Assembly (NCBI GenBank): GCA_004431415.1
Contig: QPMI01000682.1
Location: 84,248-148,247 of the forward strand
Reading direction: 5' to 3'
Length of the DNA: 64,000 bases
Source of the DNA: Cyanophora paradoxa CCMP329
Taxonomy: Eukaryota > Plantae > Glaucophyta
The notes under the pieces are model-generated. The model ran no database searches. It saw only the letters and a list, made by a program, of their open reading frames with translations, and was not told the origin of the DNA. This document shows, piece by piece, positions 29,157-39,923 of the stretch. Position 1 is the first letter of the stretch; each line of letters opens with the position of its first letter. Made by a program: the position numbers and the translations under genes.

Positions 29157-30702
29157 AGGCACCTGTAAAGTCAACTCTCATTGTGGGAGCATTCACATAC
29201 ACAAGGGGATAAATGCGAATATATTTGATTCTGAGAGAATAACCTATGTAAAAAGCATCCTTGATGCTGAGAGGAAATCCACTCAATAGAGCCACATCAC
29301 CAGAGTTGTGAGCATTGTTAATGTTCTCACAGACATATATTTTGTTTTGCCCATCTGATCGAATAAAAGACCAGTTGATCCCATCAGTGGATGTTGCCAC
29401 ATTGAAAGTCTTAATAAAAGCATTTGTTTCCCCTGATCCATAGGCAATCACAGAGGAGAGTTCAAAAGTATATGGGAAAGCAACTTGAAGATATTCAGTG
29501 GGAGTTTCCCATATTTGTTCAGGAGCAAAGGCACCAGCTTCCCAGCCAAATGCTGAAGGTCTTGACATGAAAGGCTCTTTACCTGTCACAGAGGATGAGG
29601 CAGTAAAGGCATCATCTGCAAGCTGATACCAATTGGCATCCAAAGGAGGTGATGTAGTGAGAGTGGATGAGATGTAAGCCTTTGTAGGGTTCTTTAGTTC
29701 ATAGTTTGCTACTAGTAGGCTGCAAAGCTTATTAATCATATCATTGTTTGCTGCTATGTATGTTTCAGTGAATGCTAGCATATCTGGGATCTTAGAAGTG
29801 TCATCCAGGGAGCTTACTATGTGATTTGGAAGAGGGACTGATAACCTATAGTATCTCCCATAATCCTGATCATAGTTGTAGGGTAACAACTCCTCCATCT
29901 TATCAAGGGCAGAAAGCTCACTTGCAGCCATGAGCATGTTAATCAATGGGCTTCCATCTGTTGAGGCAATCCATGAGAGAATGCCCCAGCTGTTGACAGT
30001 CTCATAAGCATAACCCACATAATCAGACTCTAAATGTGGGTCCACCTCTCCACAAGAGATGCTTATTACTATAATGTCATCATCATCACTGTAAATCTTC
30101 TTTGCATGGCTGTAACCACACACACTGGGATTATTGTTTCCCGAAATGGCACCATCAATGAGACAGACAAATACTCCCCGATTGAAATCAACAATGCTTA
30201 CAGGAGAGAAATATGTAGGAGCAGCAGAAGTAGCCCTAGCAGCAATCTTACAAGGCATAAAGTTGTAGTTGTTGTCATTTGTGATAAATATTGGTTTCAT
30301 ATTCTGAGTATCAAAGGATGTAATCACAATGTCCTTTAGGGAATCCTGTATTAGTGATTCACCAGTAACGGAATTAATTGCAGTCTCCAAGGGTCCCACA
30401 TCATACTTTGTGTTAAATAGGGCATTTTCGATGATATTTCGAGGATTTGCAAAAATCAAGGGCAGTTGAGTTAGGTAAATATTGTGTAAATCGTTTGCTG
30501 TCAGTTTAGGTTCACCTGGTTTATCAGGATGCCTGATATTCAAACCTATTGCAATGATCCCACCAGTGGAAGTTCCACTTACAAGATCCACAAGATCGAT
30601 TATTCTTCTGCCAGTTCGATTTTCGATTTCTTTTAGCAGCCTGGTTATGATAATGCCCCTTGCACCCCCGCCAGAAAGACTTAAAACGATCTTCTGAGGC
30701 AT
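29083..30702 (-). CDS. Patatin-like phospholipase with discoidin domain (copy 2)
   Basis: Same motifs as 10673-12214; the C-terminus reads through into the convergent penton gene. Confidence 0.9.
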   Translation of the reverse strand: MPQKIVLSLSGGGARGIIITRLLKEIENRTGRRIIDLVDLVSGTSTGGIIAIGLNIRHPDKPGEPKLTANDLHNIYLTQLPLIFANPRNIIENALFNTKYDVGPLETAINSVTGESLIQDSLKDIVITSFDTQNMKPIFITNDNNYNFMPCKIAARATSAAPTYFSPVSIVDFNRGVFVCLIDGAISGNNNPSVCGYSHAKKIYSDDDDIIVISISCGEVDPHLESDYVGYAYETVNSWGILSWIASTDGSPLINMLMAASELSALDKMEELLPYNYDQDYGRYYRLSVPLPNHIVSSLDDTSKIPDMLAFTETYIAANNDMINKLCSLLVANYELKNPTKAYISSTLTTSPPLDANWYQLADDAFTASSSVTGKEPFMSRPSAFGWEAGAFAPEQIWETPTEYLQVAFPYTFELSSVIAYGSGETNAFIKTFNVATSTDGINWSFIRSDGQNKIYVCENINNAHNSGDVALLSGFPLSIKDAFYIGYSLRIKYIRIYPLVYVNAPTMRVDFTGAFIRYTPTETNYRFHSYQSVHQSNL

Positions 30703-30745
30703 CTTTTACTTATCAGGAATTTTATAAATCCATATAGTAAAAGCC

Positions 30746-33700
30746 ATGAGCTTCAATTACCCACCAAATCTAGAAACAATTCAAGATGATAATGCAAGCA
30801 GCACCAAGCATGTGAACTTTGATAATATTAAAGTAAAGGGTTCAGTTTCGATTGACCACAGTTCCGATAATTCATCTAAGACTCAATCAAGGGAGCATGC
30901 TTTATCTGTGAATCAAACCGATCCAGATAAGGAGGAAGTTAGTGTTGCTTTTAGCTTGGGTAATGTGAAAGCAAACCAAGTGGCAGAGATCAAAGCAACA
31001 AGAAGGAGACCTAGGAAACTAAAAACCAGTGGCACTCACCCAGATATACCTTCCAGGTTTGACAGTGGTCGTTTGGTTTTCAATGTTCAAGATGAGCAGG
31101 GCAAACAGAACACAGGTTTGCGAATTTACAATGAGGGCAGCACTGCAAAAGCTGAGGTCCCCCAAGTATTGCAAGTGGGTCCCATTGCCAATACAAATCA
31201 GGTCTCCTACACAAATGATGTCTACCCCAAGGATATTACATATGACTTTGCGAGGAATGAGCCTTTTGGGTTCTTTACTCCAAAAGATGTCCATAAAAAA
31301 GCCATCAATTACAATCAACAGTAGCCCCAGTCAGCCAGTAGCAATCCATTTACACCCTGATTTAGTCGAAATGGATAGGCACCTTTTGCCTTTGTATAGC
31401 AATGTGAAAGACCTTGGTATTAGAACCAGGCAATGGCGAAATATCCATGGCAGTAATGTGTATGCAAATGGTGAGAAGCTTGTAAGTGAGAAGACCATAA
31501 GAGAGATCTTTGAGTATTATGGACCTGTCCCAGTTCCCTTCCCTCTTCCATGGGATCCACCGGATTTAACACCGAAAAAGCAGCCTGGAAGAGAATACAC
31601 AGCAACTGAAGATGTAGCCTTTGGGCAGCATATTGTGAGTTGGGAGCAAGTTCGCAATAAACCTATAATTGAACCAAGAAAGCAAATAGATGAGCAGTAT
31701 TTACCTCCTGAAGTCGATATATTAGAGCTTGATGAATATCAATTCGTTCCAGATGAGGAAGAGTATTTACCAGATGGTTTTGACCCACAAGAATATGAAT
31801 ATGATCAGTTTGATCCCAATGAGGAGGAGATACTACCAGATGGCTTAGATCCTCAAGAGTTTGAGTATGAGCAGAACTATGAACCCGATGAGGAGTATTT
31901 GCCAGATGGTCATGATCCACCAGCTGTTGACTATGAGCAACCTTATGAACCCCATGAGGAATTGTTACCAGATGGATTTCGACCTGAGATCTGGGAATTC
32001 TTTCCTGATTATGAACAAATTAATAATAAACCTGCAAAGTATCCCCCAGAGGATCACAATCATGATTGGGATGAGATCTTAGGCAAACCACAAAAGTATC
32101 CACCAGAGGATCACAGGCATGATTGGGGTGAAATTGATGGGATTCCAACTGAGTTTCCACCAAGCAAACATGAACATACTTGGGATGAGATAAATGACCA
32201 ACCAGAATTTGCAAAGGTAGAGCCTCTTGATAACTTGGGAGTTTCTCTTTACCAGACTTGTAATGTCCCTGAAAGGATCTTTTTGAATGAACACTATGTT
32301 CATGTGAATGGGACACTTGCTAATTCAGCTATGAGAGGACCACTTCATATAAGGACATCACCAGGCTCTTTTGAAACCCCACCTGAACCAGGAGCAACCA
32401 TACCAAATATCTTTGTGTCAAGCTACATAGAGGCTGATATACCCACAGATACTTTTAGAGTTCCAACAGACCCAGCAACCTACCAAAATTACAACTCAGC
32501 CATACAGGTTCATGTAACAGATGTCAGCCGCTTAGATGGATCAAGACCAATGATAGTATTCAGCAGAGATAAATACTCCTACATTCCCATAGTGGGAACT
32601 GCAAATGATAACTATGGGAGGGCAGAGCTTGCATGGATTAAAACAGATTATGGTGGGGTTCTGGAAGCCAATCAGAGGATGGCTGCAAAAAACATACACA
32701 ATGAAAATATTTCGAGAGTGGTCACAGAGGATTACCTTACTGCTGTTGTTCTTGTGAATATAGTCACCCTTGCTATGCTTGCAAATTATGTAACGAAAAA
32801 TGAACTTGCTCTTGAATTGTCAAAGTATCTTCTCAAAACAGGTGGGACAATTACTGGGGACCTTACTGTTACCAGTAACCTTTACACAAGTAACCTTTAT
32901 GCAAGCAATATAACTGTCGATTTTCTTACTGTTACATCCAATGCAAGCCTTCCACATCATCCAACTTCAAATGTTGTAGAAGGGTGGATCAGAAACCATA
33001 CTCACACCAAAGACCAAATTATAGATTTTGATCACACACATGCCTGGTCAAATATTGTACACAAACCATTGACTTTTCCCCCAGATGATCACACACATGC
33101 CTGGTCGAATATTGTAGACCAACCTCTAACCTTCCCTCCTGATACTCACACTCATGATTATACCCAAATCACCAACTGCAATCACAGACACCCTTGGAAT
33201 GAAATAGATGAGCAACCCAAGTTTGCATCAACAGGCAATATTTGACAGACTTTGCAAATGGTGTGAGTCTCTACCAGAGTAATACCATACCTGAAAGGCT
33301 ACAACTCAATGACTATTATGTAAATCGAAAGGGTAATGATGCAGGGACCACTATGGAGGGTGAATTATACATCAGACCCCCTACAAGAATGCAGATGATT
33401 GCAGCAGGTGGAAATTTCGGAGCATTGGACACCAAACCAGGTATCTATTTAACCAGTTACTATGCTGATGACATCCCAATGACAGGAGGATTAATATCTC
33501 TACCATCTGATCCAGTCAACTATGATGACAAAGATGCAGCAATCCAAATAAATGTTACTGATGTGAGTGACTTAGATAGTTCAAGACCCAAATTAATATT
33601 CAGCAGGGAGAGATTGTTACCTGATGCTCTTTTAGGAAATCGAGATGACTACAAGAGATGCGAAATATCATGGATAAAAACGAATTATAATGGTGGAGTG

Positions 33701-35002
33701 GGTGAGGGTCTCTTAGAAATCAATCAGAGGGCGGCAGCAAAGAATATTCACGATGAGACCATATCAAGAGTGGTAACAGAGGATTACCTGCAAGCCCAGA
33801 ACTACATAGATGAAACAGAACTAAATACAATCATTGCAGGTCTAGCTGTGACTGGGAATTACCTGCCCTTGACAGGAGGGAGTATTGATGGAACAGTGAC
33901 TGCTGACAACTTTTTTGTTCACACTGAAAGTGATCAAACCTTTCCTGTGGTTCACCCAGGAGCTGAGTACGAGATTCCTATTGATCCAGCTATTATGCCC
34001 ATTAAGATTGACCTACCTTCTGATTATGTAGGAAGGGGTGAACTGAAAACCATCTCTTTCACAGGAGACTATAATGATCTTCTAAACAAACCTACTGCTG
34101 CAAATCTGCATCCTGTTGCATTTTCGGGTAGTTTCCTTGATCTTAATAATAGATCACACACCCACACAAAGGCAGAGATCACAGATTTTGCACATACCCA
34201 CACAAAATCACAAATTACAGATTTTGCACACTACCACACAAGAGCGGATATTACGAATTTTGCTCACAATCATGTAAAATCAGAGATTACAGATTTTGCA
34301 CACAATCACACAAAGGCTGAGATTACAGATTTTGCCCACAATCACACAAAGGCAGAGATTACAGATTTTGCACACACTCATGATTGGAATACAGATATTT
34401 ATAACAAACCAGCACTTTTCTCAGGCAACTACAATGACCTGACGAATAAACCCACCCTCGATCCCTTTTCAGCAACCACAATTAGAGCCAACAACACAAT
34501 GTATGTAGGATCAGGTCAAATTGTAGAGCCAGCAGGACCTATGTTTGAAGAAACATGGTTCTTCCACAATTCGCAGAACTACTTTGATAAAACCTTACTT
34601 GTTCGTGGAAATGCTTATGCAAGAAATTTCTATGCTATGAACCCTTCCAATAATCAGACTATTAGTAGATGCATTACAGAAGCCGATCTTTCCAGTCAAC
34701 TAAATGCATACTTTAATGGGAAAATTCAAGCAGGAACGTATGTTTACACTACTCCTTATCTTTGGGCAAACCCTGACCATAGGTTTAACCTCACTATTAA
34801 TTTCAACAGCAGCTTTGCTAACCCTCCTATTGTAACAACCGGTATACAACACAATGAGACAGCCTACTACTACCGAATGTATGTTAGGCTTAAACAAGTT
34901 TACAGTAGCTATTTCACTTGTGAGCTTGACATAGTTCCATTAAGTTCTTTTGACAGACCAGGATTTCCAGTTACAATTCATTACACTGCTGTCGCAATTT
35001 AA
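30746..35002 (+). CDS. Large fibre protein, long variant (frameshifts near 31300 and 33242)
   Basis: Three ORFs are collinear with 12264-15572; HxH repeats; C-terminal INF...F..PPIV...IHYTAV H-type-lectin-like tip. Confidence 0.8.
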
Positions 35003-35021
35003 CTATTTCTTTATTATAAAG

Positions 35022-36092
35022 ATGACCTCTCTATTAGAAATCCCAAACTATGAACTCGCCGCGAAATCACTCCATAGCACCTCTCATGAAGTAGTCGACT
35101 CTTCACCCGGTTTTATTTCCAGTGAAACATCAAGCAATTCCTCTTTCACAGAGAACAATATACTGAGAGTCAAAGAAATTCGATGTGATCGAAATGGGGG
35201 CAAGATAAGAACCACAGGAATAATTATCTCGAATAAAAATCAGGTTCAAGCAGGTCAAATAGTCCCCGATTCAGCAGTGTATGATAATGTGGGTGGATTC
35301 ACCACAGCACAGATAGTTACTTTTGGTAACACAAGTAATACTTCTGCTCTTGTAGTTAAAAGTGGAGGAGCCTACATTGGTGATGGAGCAATTGTGGTGG
35401 GGACTGTCACAGCAAATCAGTTGACTGTGAGTGGGACAAGTTCATTTTCAGGGTTGATGAACTTAAATGGTGGTCTTTCAGGAAGTATTCAGTATGGAAC
35501 TCTCACACTGTCAACAAGATTAACAACTCCTGAGAGTGACACAATTGCAGACACCAACTTTATTTACAAACGAAATGGAAGCGCAATTGTGACACTACAA
35601 AATATCCAAACAACACCATCAAACAGAGAGGCGATCGTATTTTCATCAGGAAGCTATCTAAAACGAAATGGTTGCCCCCGTTTTATGGCTTCTGTTATGG
35701 CTCCGAATGCAGCAGAAACAACAGTTTCAAAAGCAACCGGAACGAATATTCTATTTTCAGGAGTTCTTATCAACCATGGAAACAACTTCAATGGTTCAAC
35801 ATTAGGGAATTTTACCGCCCCTGTTGCAGGAAATTATTACTTCTGTTTCCAAGTGATAATCTCAACCACTACTGCATCTGAGATTGTTCTGAATCTTCGA
35901 AAAAATGGAACAACATCAGAATATGAGGCAAGAGCAACTTTTGCTTCCTCAATGTCACAATTACCTATATCATATGAATGCATCATCAACCTTGCTGCAA
36001 ATGATTGGATACAAATATACAATAATTCCACTGCTGCAATCGTATACACCAATCGATCGCACTTTGGAGGAATGCTGATTAGCGCCACATAA
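35022..36092 (+). CDS. C1q fibre paralog 1 (copy 2)
   Basis: Homologue of 15598-16668; FTAPVAGNYYF. Confidence 0.85.
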   Translation: MTSLLEIPNYELAAKSLHSTSHEVVDSSPGFISSETSSNSSFTENNILRVKEIRCDRNGGKIRTTGIIISNKNQVQAGQIVPDSAVYDNVGGFTTAQIVTFGNTSNTSALVVKSGGAYIGDGAIVVGTVTANQLTVSGTSSFSGLMNLNGGLSGSIQYGTLTLSTRLTTPESDTIADTNFIYKRNGSAIVTLQNIQTTPSNREAIVFSSGSYLKRNGCPRFMASVMAPNAAETTVSKATGTNILFSGVLINHGNNFNGSTLGNFTAPVAGNYYFCFQVIISTTTASEIVLNLRKNGTTSEYEARATFASSMSQLPISYECIINLAANDWIQIYNNSTAAIVYTNRSHFGGMLISAT

Positions 36093-36114
36093 TATTGTTA
36101 CTTTAAAGTAAAGA

Positions 36115-37347
36115 ATGTCTACACAGATTGCTGTTCCTGTTTTCTGTTATGCAGCCCCAAAATTGCATCAACTCAACCACACAGTGACAGATGCAACCCC
36201 TGGGTTTATTTGCACAGAATCCACAGGAGCTGATTCATTTTCTCAAAATTCTGTGATCAGATGCAAAGAGGTACGATGTGATCGCAATAATGGAAAGGTG
36301 AGAACCACTGGTTTAATTGTGTCAAATAAGAACCAAGTCCAATCGGGATCGATTGTATCAGATTCAGCAATTTATGATGATGTGGGAGGGTTCACCACAC
36401 CCAAAATTACTACTTTTGACAACACCATTAATAACTCTGCTCTTGTAGTAAGAAGTGGAGGAGCCTACATTGGAGATGGGGCAAGTGTTGATGGGACTCT
36501 TACAGCAACTCAACTTGCTGTGACAGGGACAACCACTTTTACAGGAATGGTTACAGCAAATGGTGGAGTCTCAGTAGCAACCAACTCTCAACCCACCATT
36601 ACTGCAACAACAAGATTAGTTACTCCTGAAATTGATACAGGGGCAAATGTTAATCTTGTGTTGAAGCGAAATAGCAATACCATCGCAACACTTGAAGCCA
36701 ATTCATTAACAATTATGTCGCGACGCGCGCGACACTACGTTTCTTTCTTTCTCGTCGTCTATCTCTGAGGTTGGGTTCCTTCGCAGATCCTTTCCTGCTT
36801 TCGTGACTCCTCGTAGGGATATGCCTCGTGCATCCTGGAATATAGGCTATTATGTACTGAGGTGTACGTGGGCAGGCTATTGGAAAACGAGAACCCTTGC
36901 TCCCCGCAGTACATAGGTCTGTTTTTCAGGACCTTTTATGAGGATGGGCCCATGGGCAGCTGTCTTGCTATTCTCTACTTGTTAGTGAGGCAGACTGGTA
37001 AACTTCGGTTTTGGGTAGACTCGACTTGTCTACTTTCGGAAGGGTCCGGTAGATTGATGTGGTAGTGCCGTCAATATACCGTCATTTTTGCAAAAAAATA
37101 TCAATTCTCAGTTTTTACCAACTCAACAACACAATACCCAATTCAGCTTTTCTTCAAATTGAATAATGCCGATCCTGGGTGCATTTCTCTTTCTGCTTCC
37201 AGCACAGGCACATTAATAGTCAGACCTCTTCAAATGTCCTGCATTCTCAATCTTGCAGCCAACGAATACGTAACTATTTGGACAACAAACCAGGGGACAT
37301 ATTCCTCTGGAACTACCTTTTGTGGAGAGTTGATAAGTATTACATAA
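36115..37347 (+). pseudogene. C1q fibre paralog 2 (copy 2), disrupted by an insertion plus deletion
   Basis: Homology to 16691-17710 stops at ~36715 and resumes at 37099 (YQFSVF...CGELISIT*). Confidence 0.85.
36716..37098 (+). mobile_element. ~380-bp retroposed insertion (5'-truncated LINE 3' UTR or SINE-like)
   Basis: Foreign composition; ends in CAAAAAAA; contains TCGACTTGTCTACTTTCGGA, similar to the LINE 3' UTR TCGACTTGACACTTTACGGA; no TSD, with about 180 bp of target missing. Confidence 0.6.
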
Positions 37348-37368
37348 TTTTCTTTTGATAGAGTAAGA

Positions 37369-37632
37369 ATGTCAAATATTTACCAAGTAGTTCTAACTGA
37401 TACCGAAAAGTTGGGAATGGAATATTGCGCTGCATCTGTTCAGGATTGGATTGATAATGCTGCCCACAACAGGGCAAGAATTGCAATTGATGAGATTGTT
37501 CAGAAAGAGATCCATTCATGTATATCAACAGGCTTTCAGATACCAACCTCAAAGGAAGCAATTGTGTTACAGGCATTCCAAAGGGGAACTGTTAAAAAGG
37601 CGATTGAATATAACAATGTCACAGAAGAGTAG
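37369..37632 (+). CDS. Small fibre-associated protein (copy 2)
   Basis: Homologue of 17733-17996. Confidence 0.75.
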   Translation: MSNIYQVVLTDTEKLGMEYCAASVQDWIDNAAHNRARIAIDEIVQKEIHSCISTGFQIPTSKEAIVLQAFQRGTVKKAIEYNNVTEE

Positions 37633-37670
37633 TGAACATTATTTTTCTTTCCTTCTTAGTAAAAGAAGCA

Positions 37671-38516
37671 ATGGGTGAATATAATCGAGTTCAACTGCCT
37701 ATATATTCCCTTGGATCCCCTGCAATGCACTTTCGCCAGCATGAAGTTAATGATGAGGTTCGTGGTTTAGAATCCACAGAGAGACCCAACTCCAATGGCA
37801 ACTCCTTTGATAAAAATTCGATTATTCGAGTTAAAGAGCTGAGAGCTGATAACAATTCTGGTGTGGTTAAAACAACTCGACTTCTTGTCACAAATGCAAA
37901 CTTCTTCCAACCTACTAATGGAGGTCCTGATGCTTACAGTGTTGATCTGAAAGCCCTTGGTTTCGATAAGAATTCTGCTGCTGTTACTGTGAGATCAGGA
38001 GGAGCATTTATTGGGGGTGGCTGCAGAGTTTCAGGTCAGCTTTCATCCTCAATTTCATATAATGATGTCCCAGATACTCTAGAGCAAAATGTTGAAGACC
38101 CCCAACGAATTCGATTATATATACCAGTTGCACAACAGCCACTAATTCAGTTTTACCAAGGTTATACTGTCACACTTGAAAACTCTGAATTGATTGAAGG
38201 AACCAAAAGAGTAATGAGAGGGCTGGTCATTCCTTCTGCAATGCTTTCTTTATGTAGAGCCAACAATAACCAGCCAGGTCACAGATACAATTTCAGTGTT
38301 CAAGGATATGATCATTTTGGCACAGGGTTCTGTGTTTATAATAACAATTTCACCTATGATCTGTTTGTTACAGATATTGGAAAATATACAATTACAGTTA
38401 TGGGTATCAGAACAGATATAGCTGCCGTCTCAGCTCTTAGAGGTGTTACTCCTGATACTCTTTCTCAAACAGGGTTTTACCAAGAGCCAGATGTAATTGA
38501 TGACCCAACCCCATAA
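37671..38516 (+). CDS. Fibre-family paralog 3 (copy 2, intact)
   Basis: ATG after AGTAAAAGAAGCA; homologue of 18035-18889. Confidence 0.8.
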   Translation: MGEYNRVQLPIYSLGSPAMHFRQHEVNDEVRGLESTERPNSNGNSFDKNSIIRVKELRADNNSGVVKTTRLLVTNANFFQPTNGGPDAYSVDLKALGFDKNSAAVTVRSGGAFIGGGCRVSGQLSSSISYNDVPDTLEQNVEDPQRIRLYIPVAQQPLIQFYQGYTVTLENSELIEGTKRVMRGLVIPSAMLSLCRANNNQPGHRYNFSVQGYDHFGTGFCVYNNNFTYDLFVTDIGKYTITVMGIRTDIAAVSALRGVTPDTLSQTGFYQEPDVIDDPTP

Positions 38517-38539
38517 AAGATATATCCCTTTAATGTAAA

Positions 38540-39373
38540 ATGGCTGAGCAACCCCCACTTGAACGAATAATTACACCTCAGCTTTCATTAGCTGCACCAG
38601 CAAACCATGTTCTGCAACATGCTACCTTTGATGATGTGGAAGGTCTCCAATCCACAGAGGTCCAACCTACAATGAACACCTTTGGTTCCACCCACAAGCT
38701 GAGATTACAGGAACTCAGATGTGATAAAAATAATGGAATAGTTAAGACAACTAAGCTACTTGTCACAAATGCAAACTTTTCTGCTCATTTTGGAGACCCA
38801 GATAGCTATGGAGATCCTCTGTCTACTTATTCTTTTGAATCTAGGTCGGGAGCTATTAACTGCAAATCGGGGGGAGCTTATATTGGTGATGGTCTTAGGG
38901 TTGGTGGGGCTGTTGGAGCGCCTTTATTTGTGAATGATCAACCCAATCCCATTGATCCCAACACAAGAATTCGAACCTATGTCCCCAGCATGAATGCCCC
39001 ATACATTATAAAGATATTCCCCATTGTTGTAAATGAACAAACAGCAGTAGTAGACTCCCTTGTTGAGATTGGTGACCACTACAAGGTTGTTGTAGATATT
39101 CCACCAGATGTATATGCTGTATGCCAAGTTGAAGGTGGAACTCCCAACTTTGCAGTAGTGATCACCCCATATGATAACTTTGGAATTGCTTATCATGGAG
39201 TCAATTTTGGTTTGGAAGACTATCAGTTTCTGGTCAGAGCCACCAAGTTTGGTATCTACAAGTGTGTGATGTTTGCAGAGAGAACCGATTTTATTGCAAA
39301 GCAGAATACCTATGCTGAATACTATGGCACAAATCGATATTTCCCCATTTTTGGGCAGGATACTGCTCCATAA
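38540..39373 (+). CDS. Fibre-family paralog 4 (copy 2)
   Basis: Homologue of 18913-19743. Confidence 0.8.
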   Translation: MAEQPPLERIITPQLSLAAPANHVLQHATFDDVEGLQSTEVQPTMNTFGSTHKLRLQELRCDKNNGIVKTTKLLVTNANFSAHFGDPDSYGDPLSTYSFESRSGAINCKSGGAYIGDGLRVGGAVGAPLFVNDQPNPIDPNTRIRTYVPSMNAPYIIKIFPIVVNEQTAVVDSLVEIGDHYKVVVDIPPDVYAVCQVEGGTPNFAVVITPYDNFGIAYHGVNFGLEDYQFLVRATKFGIYKCVMFAERTDFIAKQNTYAEYYGTNRYFPIFGQDTAP

Positions 39374-39395
39374 GAATATTGGTTATATATAGAGT

Positions 39396-39668
39396 ATGGA
39401 TAGTAAAACAAAAAAGTTTATTGATGCTGCTATGACAGTCCATGGTAAAGATAAATTCGATTACAGTGAGACACATTACATCAAAGCTCAAGAGAAAGTA
39501 TCTGTTAGATGTTTGCAGTGTAATAAGGTGATCCTTACCTATCCATTTAATCATGTGAAGGGATCAGGATGCAGGGAATGCAACAAAAAGCACTCTCAGG
39601 CTTATAGGAAAAGGGCAACTTCATCAATCACAGTGGAATATAGAGATGTTTGCATTAGGTTCGATTAG
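39396..39668 (+). CDS. DUF723-like zinc-ribbon protein (copy 2)
   Basis: Homologue of 19771-20043. Confidence 0.75.
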   Translation: MDSKTKKFIDAAMTVHGKDKFDYSETHYIKAQEKVSVRCLQCNKVILTYPFNHVKGSGCRECNKKHSQAYRKRATSSITVEYRDVCIRFD

Positions 39669-39923
39669 GTTTAATTAATTTTTCTAAGGTATTCTTAATG
39701 GAGACTAAATACAGAGGCTTTCATGTTATGCTTGATTACAAAGCTAAATCAGCTATTGCAACAGGACATGAGCATGTTAGCTTCCTAGGTAATTGGATTA
39801 TGGGAACCCTTGAACAAGCTATATTGAGACAAGGTATTAGGATTGTTCATAAACACTGTGAGATATTTGATGGCAAAGTATCACCTCCTGGTTTTGCATT
39901 GGTTCTGCTATTAGATGAAAGCG

